Sequence record: SRR22947727_550
Strand: one strand, 5' to 3'
DNA length: 32,938 nucleotides
Below are positions 26,730-32,938 of the stretch, in pieces. The position numbers and the translations under genes are program-made. The notes below the pieces were generated by a model, which was not told where the DNA came from, made no database searches, and worked only from the letters and a program-made list of their open reading frames with translations. Within the stretch, counting starts at the first letter, position 1; each line of letters opens with the position of its first letter.

Positions 26730-27821
26730 ATGGGATTTAAATGTGGAATTGTTGGATTACCTAATGTTGGTAAATCCACCTTATTTAATGCATTAACTCA
26801 GGCTGGGATTGAATCAGAAAATTATCCATTTTGTACAATAGAACCGAATATTGGGATTGTTGCAGTCAATGATTCGAGGCTAGACGAACTAGCAAAGATA
26901 GTAAAACCTAAAAAAATTATACCCACAACAATGGAGTTTGTAGACATCGCAGGATTAGTGGAAGGTGCATCTAAGGGTGAAGGTTTAGGAAATCAATTTC
27001 TAAGCAATATTAAAGAGACAGACGCAATTGTACATGTTGTCAGAGCTTTTGAAAATGATGATGTTGTACATGTTGCAGGAAAAGTTTCTCCTGCTAATGA
27101 TATAGAAATTATAAATACAGAGTTAGTATTGGCCGATTTAACTTCAGTTGAAAAGTTATACGAAAAAGCAATGAAAAATACAAAATCGGGTCAAAAAGAT
27201 GGTTTACCATTACGTGAACTATTAGAAAAGATTCTTCCTGTATTAGAGGATGGACAAAGTGTTCGGTCTCTTAAATTTAATGAGGATGAAGCCAAATTAT
27301 TAAAAGGATTCCAATTGTTGACAGCAAAACCAGTATTGTATGTTGCAAATGTAGGCGAGGGTGGATTCGATAATAATTCTCACCTTGATGAAATTATAAC
27401 TTTAGCAAATCAAGAGAAAGCGGAAGTTGTTGCAATTTGTGCAGATATTGAAGCTGAAATATCAGAATTGGATGAAGATGAAAAAAAAGAGTTCTTATTG
27501 GAATTAGGACAAGACGAATCTGGGCTTGATAGATTAATTACTGCTGGATACAAACTATTAGGGTTGCAAACATATTTTACAGCTGGCCCTCAAGAAGTAA
27601 GAGCTTGGACTATAAATATCGGGGATAGCGCACCTAAAGCTGCTGGTAAAATACACGGTGATTTTGAGAAAGGTTTTATTCGAGCAGAAACAGTTCCATT
27701 TATAGAGTTTATTAAAAATGGTGGTGAGAAAGGCGCAAAAGAAGCAGGAAAATTAAGATCTGAAGGGAAAGAATACATTGTCCAAGATGGTGATGTTATG
27801 CATTTCCTCTTTAATGTTTAA
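26730..27821 (+). CDS. ychF: Redox-regulated ribosome-binding ATPase YchF
   Basis: [84 protein letters not shown]. Confidence 0.98.
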   Translation: MGFKCGIVGLPNVGKSTLFNALTQAGIESENYPFCTIEPNIGIVAVNDSRLDELAKIVKPKKIIPTTMEFVDIAGLVEGASKGEGLGNQFLSNIKETDAIVHVVRAFENDDVVHVAGKVSPANDIEIINTELVLADLTSVEKLYEKAMKNTKSGQKDGLPLRELLEKILPVLEDGQSVRSLKFNEDEAKLLKGFQLLTAKPVLYVANVGEGGFDNNSHLDEIITLANQEKAEVVAICADIEAEISELDEDEKKEFLLELGQDESGLDRLITAGYKLLGLQTYFTAGPQEVRAWTINIGDSAPKAAGKIHGDFEKGFIRAETVPFIEFIKNGGEKGAKEAGKLRSEGKEYIVQDGDVMHFLFNV

Positions 27822-27994
27822 ATATCTAAACGAAATTTCTTTAATAGAACTTAAAAGCATTTTTCAGCATAAAAAGGACATTTTTTCAAAAAAACAAACA
27901 TAAAAATTATATTGCCCAGAAATTATGGGGTTTTGTAACTAATAATTCTAAAGTAGTTCTTTATGAAAATTATTTTTATGACATAATTAAACAC

Positions 27995-29398
27995 GTGAAA
28001 GTAATAATTGTAGGCGCGCATGGCGAAGCTAAAGAATTAATAAATAGAATTAGCACCGGATGGAGTGTGTCCGTAATCGATATGGATCAAGAAAAACTAA
28101 GAAATTTTCATCCGAATAGGCAAATTGAAAAATATCAAGGTGATGGAACCTCGACTTTAGTTTTGAAAAAAGCAGGAATAGAAACAGCAAGTGCACTAAT
28201 CACACTGACTCTTGATGACGAGGTAAATTTAGAAATATTAAAATTAGCTAAAGGCCAAAAAATCACAAGGCTATCCTCCGTGGTTAATAATGAAGTTAAT
28301 AAAAAAGCTTATCAAGATTTAGAAGTTGAGTTAGTAGATCCAGATATTCTCTTAGCGAGACGTTTTGAGCACATTTTAGAACCAAGAAGGGTAGTCTCAC
28401 AAGCATTCGCCGGAGGTCGCGCAGAAGCCATAGAATTGGAAGTTAATGCTGATAGTCCTGTTAGGGGTAAAAAATTAAAAGAGATTGGATCGGATTATTT
28501 TATAGTTGGTGCTTTATTTAGAAAAGGTAATGTTGTAATTCCTCATGGTGATACAGAACTTCAAACTGGTGACCTTGTAACTGTCGTTTTACAATCTGGA
28601 GCCTTTGGGAATGTAATAAAACTATTCTCTGGTTCAGAATCAAGATTTCCATTAGAGTTTGGAAAAAATACTGCAATCATAATCAGTTCTGAAGAAGAGC
28701 TTAGCAATCTTACAGAAGCAGAATTTTACACTCGAAACACTAAAGCAGAAGAGTTAGTAATTTTATCTCAAGAGACTATATTTGCTGATTCTAAAGAAAC
28801 AGATGAAATAACTTTCGAAGCTATCCTGAAGGATCAAAAATTTAGAACTGTAAATATCCAAAAGAATTCATTAAAGGAAATTGAATCAAAACTAGCTGAA
28901 CTCTCAATAGGAACTTTAATTATTCCAATAAACTCAGAAGTTAAAATTTCAAATATTCGATCTTATATTAACTTTTCAAATAAAAACAACATCCCAATTA
29001 TGTTTTCAAGAGGTACTACCCCAATAGGTAAAATTGGATTCTTAGCAAGTTCTGATTTTTCTGAGAATAGTCCAACTACTATATCGTTTGACCTTGCCTC
29101 TACCCTCAATGCAAAAGCTTACAGTGTTATCATTGATCAGCCGAAGTTCATATCACATGAAAGTACTGAGTCTAAGAATTCCATCATTCAAAAAATTCAA
29201 GACGCTGCTTTATCTAATGAAGTACAGCTAGAGATATTATCTGAAGAAGGTAATGAAGCTAAAATTTTTACTGCCCTAACTGACAAATTTGATCTTTCTG
29301 TGATTGGTCACCACCAAGCTAATGGGTGGCAAATTAAAAAGACTACTGAATTTATTTCACAAAATTCCTCATCGTCAGTACTTTATATACCTAATTAG
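27995..29398 (+). CDS. TrkA/Ktr-type regulator: RCK_N + RCK_C with a probable USP-like C-terminal region (GTG start)
   Basis: Rossmann-like MKVIIVGAHG, GDGT...VL.KAGI, DDEVNL; RCK_C SPVRGKKLKEI...IPHGDTELQTGD; C-terminus EGN....DLSVIG....SSVLYIP resembles a USP domain. Confidence 0.8.
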   Translation: MKVIIVGAHGEAKELINRISTGWSVSVIDMDQEKLRNFHPNRQIEKYQGDGTSTLVLKKAGIETASALITLTLDDEVNLEILKLAKGQKITRLSSVVNNEVNKKAYQDLEVELVDPDILLARRFEHILEPRRVVSQAFAGGRAEAIELEVNADSPVRGKKLKEIGSDYFIVGALFRKGNVVIPHGDTELQTGDLVTVVLQSGAFGNVIKLFSGSESRFPLEFGKNTAIIISSEEELSNLTEAEFYTRNTKAEELVILSQETIFADSKETDEITFEAILKDQKFRTVNIQKNSLKEIESKLAELSIGTLIIPINSEVKISNIRSYINFSNKNNIPIMFSRGTTPIGKIGFLASSDFSENSPTTISFDLASTLNAKAYSVIIDQPKFISHESTESKNSIIQKIQDAALSNEVQLEILSEEGNEAKIFTALTDKFDLSVIGHHQANGWQIKKTTEFISQNSSSSVLYIPN

Positions 29399-29405
29399 GA
29401 GAATT

Positions 29406-30560
29406 ATGGAAAGTTTTGATGCAATATCTTTAGTTGTCATTTCTCTTGGTGCATTTTTATTACCGTTAGTCGGTTCTCGGTTAAAAGTACCATCTATTGT
29501 TTTAGAAATCGCATTCGGGATAATTGTCGGTCCGGTTTTACATTTAGTATCACCTTCTGAGTTTATTTCTGGATTAGCCGTTTTAGGTTTTCTCTTATTG
29601 ATGTTTCTTTCTGGTTTCGAAATAGAATTAGAAACTTTTCGAGAAAAAGGCATAAAAACGTTAGCTTTACCAATAGTTGTATACATTTCTACTGTAGCGG
29701 TTTCATTCTTAATAATTACAGAACTTAAATATCCAATTTTTCTAGCTTTAGTCTTATGCACAACAAGTGTGGATATTGTGATTTCAGTTCTAAGAAGCGA
29801 TGACACTATTAAGTCAAATTACGGTCAAATGCTATTCATAATCGCGTTACTTGCAGATATATTAACCTTGTTAGCAGCAACTGTTTACGCATCTGTTGTA
29901 AAATCAAATGGCTTTTCTATATCAAATCTAAATATTATTCTTTACTTTGCAATTGTAATTTTTCTTTTGAGAATCCTCAGAAGATTAGCTTGGTGGAATC
30001 CTCAATTATTTTCAAGAATGTTTGATGGTAACGATCCAGAAGAGTTGGGTATAAGAAGCTCTCTTGCTTTAATGCTCGCATTAGTCGGTGTTGCTGTTTT
30101 ATTCGACATTGAAGCAATTCTTGGAGCATTTCTCGCCGGAACTTTATTTGCTTTTGTATTTCCAAATAGAGGAAGTTTAGAAAGCAGCCTCAAGGGTTTT
30201 TCATATGGATTTTTGATACCTATATTCTTTATTAACATAGGTCTGAATTACGACATTTCGTTATTTTCAAATACAGACTTTTATATCGATGTTTTATACC
30301 TCTTTGCAATAGCTGTACTTGTTAAATTATTACCTTCTTTACTCTTGGTATTTTCAAGGATTTCTATCTCAAAAATCTTTGCGGGTGGATTTCTTCTTTC
30401 CGCAAGATTTAGTTTAATTATTGCTATGGCAGAAATTGGTGTGGAGCTTGATTTGTTAAGCAAAAATTTAGAACAGCAAATCATATTACTAGCTGTACTT
30501 ACTGCAACTGTTTCTCCACTGATGTTTAGGGTTTTTAACAAGAGCACCAAGACAAATTAG
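29406..30560 (+). CDS. Cation:proton antiporter, CPA2 family (start at ATG 29406)
   Basis: PSIVLEIAFGIIVGP, LMFLSGFEI, TTS, ALLADIL, EAILGAFLAG, GFLIPIFFI..G; AGGAG SD directly upstream of ATG 29406. Confidence 0.9.
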   Translation: MESFDAISLVVISLGAFLLPLVGSRLKVPSIVLEIAFGIIVGPVLHLVSPSEFISGLAVLGFLLLMFLSGFEIELETFREKGIKTLALPIVVYISTVAVSFLIITELKYPIFLALVLCTTSVDIVISVLRSDDTIKSNYGQMLFIIALLADILTLLAATVYASVVKSNGFSISNLNIILYFAIVIFLLRILRRLAWWNPQLFSRMFDGNDPEELGIRSSLALMLALVGVAVLFDIEAILGAFLAGTLFAFVFPNRGSLESSLKGFSYGFLIPIFFINIGLNYDISLFSNTDFYIDVLYLFAIAVLVKLLPSLLLVFSRISISKIFAGGFLLSARFSLIIAMAEIGVELDLLSKNLEQQIILLAVLTATVSPLMFRVFNKSTKTN

Positions 30561-31460
30561 ATGAAAACTATGTTAAAACTTTACTTCAAAGGGGTAGCTA
30601 TGGGTGCTGCAGATATAGTACCCGGTGTGTCAGGTGGAACGATCGCTCTAATTACCGGAATATATGAAGAACTTATTTATTCTATAAAAAATATAAATTT
30701 AACCCTTTTTAAAATCTTATTCCAGCATGGAGTGAAAGAATTCTGGAAAAAACTAAATGGTAACTTTTTATTAATTTTGGTTTTAGGAATTGGGACTTCC
30801 GTTATTTTGCTTGCTCAAATAATTGTTTTTTTATTGGACAACCATGAATATAAAATATGGGGTTTTTTCTTTGGGCTGATACTTTCTTCTGCTTTTCTGA
30901 TATTGAAAGATATAAATCATTTAAGTTACAATAAAAAAATTTGGATTCTAAGTGGAATAACTATTGCAGCTATTATTTCTCTATCCAATACAACTAAAAT
31001 ACCAGATAGTGACATTTTTATCTTTTTTACTGGATCAATAGCTATTACCGCTATGATTCTCCCAGGCATTAGCGGGTCGTTTATTCTTCTTTTGCTTTCA
31101 AAATACGAATATATTATTACAGCAATTAAAGAATTTGACATTAGAGTAATTCTCATTTTTGGGTTTGGTTGTATGTTTGGTTTAATTATTTTTAGTCGTT
31201 TACTACATTTCTTATTCGAGAATTATAAAGATAATCTTCTTTCGCTGCTTTCAGGTTTTCTTATTGGTTCACTAGTAAAGATATGGCCATTTAGAAAAAC
31301 CATAGAAACGCGTACTAACAGCGATGGTGTTTTAGAGGCCGTCACAACCCAGCCTATCTTCCCTAATATTGAACTTCAGCAAGAAATATTATTTTTCATA
31401 GTATTTTCAATCATAGGGTATTTCCTAATTACGATTATTCAAAAGAAATCAATATCTTAA
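30561..31460 (+). CDS. DUF368 family membrane protein (undecaprenyl-phosphate translocase family)
   Basis: KGVAMGAADIVPGVSGGTIALITGIYE and second repeat AMILPGISGSFILLLL; FFGLI, GSL..IWPF. Confidence 0.92.
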   Translation: MKTMLKLYFKGVAMGAADIVPGVSGGTIALITGIYEELIYSIKNINLTLFKILFQHGVKEFWKKLNGNFLLILVLGIGTSVILLAQIIVFLLDNHEYKIWGFFFGLILSSAFLILKDINHLSYNKKIWILSGITIAAIISLSNTTKIPDSDIFIFFTGSIAITAMILPGISGSFILLLLSKYEYIITAIKEFDIRVILIFGFGCMFGLIIFSRLLHFLFENYKDNLLSLLSGFLIGSLVKIWPFRKTIETRTNSDGVLEAVTTQPIFPNIELQQEILFFIVFSIIGYFLITIIQKKSIS

Positions 31461-31491
31461 AATAATTTATTTATCTAGGTACAATGAGTTT

Positions 31492-31629
31492 ATGAGATTA
31501 GGACTTCCAGAATTATTAATAATTTTAACAATTTTATTGTTACTCTTTGGAGCAAAGCGGTTACCAAGTCTTGCTAAATCGTTAGGGAAATCAACAAGAG
31601 AGTTTAAATCCGGTTTAGAAGAAGAATAA
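31492..31629 (+). CDS. tatA: Twin-arginine translocase TatA/TatE subunit (45 aa, below the ORF-track cutoff)
   Basis: Own translation: MRLGLPELLIILTILLLLFGAKRLPSLAKSLGKSTREFKSGLEEE*, with G..EL, LLFG..RLP and LG...REFK signatures. Confidence 0.93.
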   Translation: MRLGLPELLIILTILLLLFGAKRLPSLAKSLGKSTREFKSGLEEE

Positions 31630-31632
31630 ATC

Positions 31633-31923
31633 TTGAAAAGGATAATTTTTTTAATATTTGTAATATTCACTTCTTGTACATCTACTGAAATACCAGAATT
31701 GACCTCAGGTGAAGAGATCTATACAGCTAGGTGCTCTGCTTGTCATGGTTCAGATTTCTCTGGGCGGGTTGGTCCTAGTTTGAAGGCAGATTCAAATGCA
31801 GCTCAAATGTCAGATTCTTATTGGGTTCAAACAATTACAAAAGGCATGGGTTCAATGCCTGCCCAGAGACTTACCGACAATGAAGTTACACTTGTAATTG
31901 AATTTATAAAAAGCCAGTATTAA
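31633..31923 (+). CDS. Monoheme class I cytochrome c, probable lipoprotein (TTG start)
   Basis: Signal peptide ending FTSC; GEEIY...CSACHG heme motif; GPSL; distal Met in GSMPA. Confidence 0.88.
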   Translation: MKRIIFLIFVIFTSCTSTEIPELTSGEEIYTARCSACHGSDFSGRVGPSLKADSNAAQMSDSYWVQTITKGMGSMPAQRLTDNEVTLVIEFIKSQY

Positions 31924-32936
31924 ATTATTCTCGAGTTTTTTTCGTTTAAACTTTTCAAATCTTCTATTGTTTTTTCAAGTTCTTTTAAGTCATCAAGTCT
32001 CCAAGTCCAGTTCCCTTTTTGGGTACCAGGTATATTGAATCTTGCTTTTTTATCAAGTTCTAATAAATCTTGAACAGTTGTTATTGAAAGAATGCAGGGA
32101 GATTCCCAAACTAATGAAATAAAATCCCATACATCATTTTTAAAACTCAGATCTAATGTACTTTTGTAATTATTAAAATATCGAGTTTGAACTTCATTTG
32201 CTTCATCAAGCCACTGTTGAACTGTTGGGCTGTCATGTGTCCCTGTGTATGCGATTAATCCTTCACCCCACTCCTGAGGGTGTATTTCATCATTTTTGTC
32301 TGAAGATGGAATTCTCTGTTGTAAAACTTTCATCCCAGGTATGTTATATTCTTTCAATATCTGATCTGTTTCGGATAATACTACCCCAAGGTCTTCAGCG
32401 AGTAACTTTGACATAGATATATGCTTACTTACAACTTCAAAAAAAGTTTTCCATGGACCTTTTCTCCATTCTCCATTTAATGCTGGCTCATTTATAGGTA
32501 TTGCCCAGTATTGGAAAAAACCAACAAAATGATCGATTCTCAAGTAATCAAATTTGTCTAGGTTGTTTTGAAGTTTGTTTATCCAATATTGGTAATCGTT
32601 AGAGCGATTATTTTCCCAGTTGTATAAAGTTGTATTCCATATTTGTCCTTCTACTGTGAAATCATCGGGTACTGCACCAGAAACAAATGACATGTTTCCT
32701 TTCTCATCCAATTCAAAAAGAGAACTATTACTCCAAACATCAGCTGAGTTATGATTTACATATATAGGAATGTCTCCAAGGATACTTATTCCCAAACTAT
32801 TTGCATAACTTTTTAATTCATTCCATTGTTGAAAAAATTCATACTGTGTATAAAGAATAAATTTAAATTCTAATTCATGTTTATTAACTAAATACTCAAA
32901 AAGTTGATCTGAGTATGTTTGTTCTTGTTCACTCCA
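31920..32936 (-). CDS. malQ: 4-alpha-glucanotransferase (amylomaltase, GH77), 5' end outside the window
   Basis: Frame open to the window edge (FFQQWNELKSYAN...); GDIPIYV...SADVW, LRIDHF.GF, AEDLG, PGMKVLQ, YTGTHD, RFNIPGT..GNW.WR. Confidence 0.95.
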   Translation of the reverse strand, partial: WSEQEQTYSDQLFEYLVNKHELEFKFILYTQYEFFQQWNELKSYANSLGISILGDIPIYVNHNSADVWSNSSLFELDEKGNMSFVSGAVPDDFTVEGQIWNTTLYNWENNRSNDYQYWINKLQNNLDKFDYLRIDHFVGFFQYWAIPINEPALNGEWRKGPWKTFFEVVSKHISMSKLLAEDLGVVLSETDQILKEYNIPGMKVLQQRIPSSDKNDEIHPQEWGEGLIAYTGTHDSPTVQQWLDEANEVQTRYFNNYKSTLDLSFKNDVWDFISLVWESPCILSITTVQDLLELDKKARFNIPGTQKGNWTWRLDDLKELEKTIEDLKSLNEKNSRII

Positions 32937-32938
32937 GT

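Noticed and set aside
27822..27994. Longest spacer, upstream of a cation-transport operon, considered as a c-di-AMP (ydaO) riboswitch or sRNA
   Set aside because: Very AT-rich with no convincing stems or recognisable riboswitch motifs, and the candidate -10 sits only 7 nt from the start codon. An Rfam cmscan would settle it.
557..32416. Many 60-140 aa ORFs in the track lying antisense to or out of frame within recognised genes (e.g. 2433-2723, 7930-8256, 16836-17231, 29375-29806, 31467-31670)
   Set aside because: They are shadows of well-supported genes on the other strand or frame and show no family motifs; 31467-31670 is antisense to tatA.
1..32938. Search for transposases, integrases, phage genes, toxin-antitoxin or defence genes, rRNA, frameshifted pseudogenes and recoded stops
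   Set aside because: None seen; nearly all of the sequence is accounted for by intact genes in the standard bacterial code.

Overview
A very AT-rich, extremely compact bacterial core-genome window with about 36 CDS (two cut by the window edges) and 3 tRNAs. Spacers are mostly under 60 bp and many genes overlap. Gene content and order (iscS-mnmA-ligA ... gatCAB ... ilvE ... FAH-gltX-tRNA Glu/Gln/Glu-cofC, MurA with Asp in place of the catalytic-loop Cys) point to a streamlined low-GC actinobacterium, most plausibly Candidatus Actinomarina-like (inference, no search run). I found no mobile element, CRISPR array, prophage or defence system, and I cannot claim a new biological system. The best leads are: a YchF that reads as gammaproteobacterial; a tightly coupled RCK-USP regulator / CPA2 antiporter / DUF368 operon; a 45-aa TatA missed by the ORF track and followed by a lipoprotein cytochrome c; a possibly split Nfu; recurrent leaderless-type promoters; convergent gene junctions that all lack spacers; and cofC/fbiD divergent from pyruvate kinase. 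All family assignments come from motif recognition by eye.
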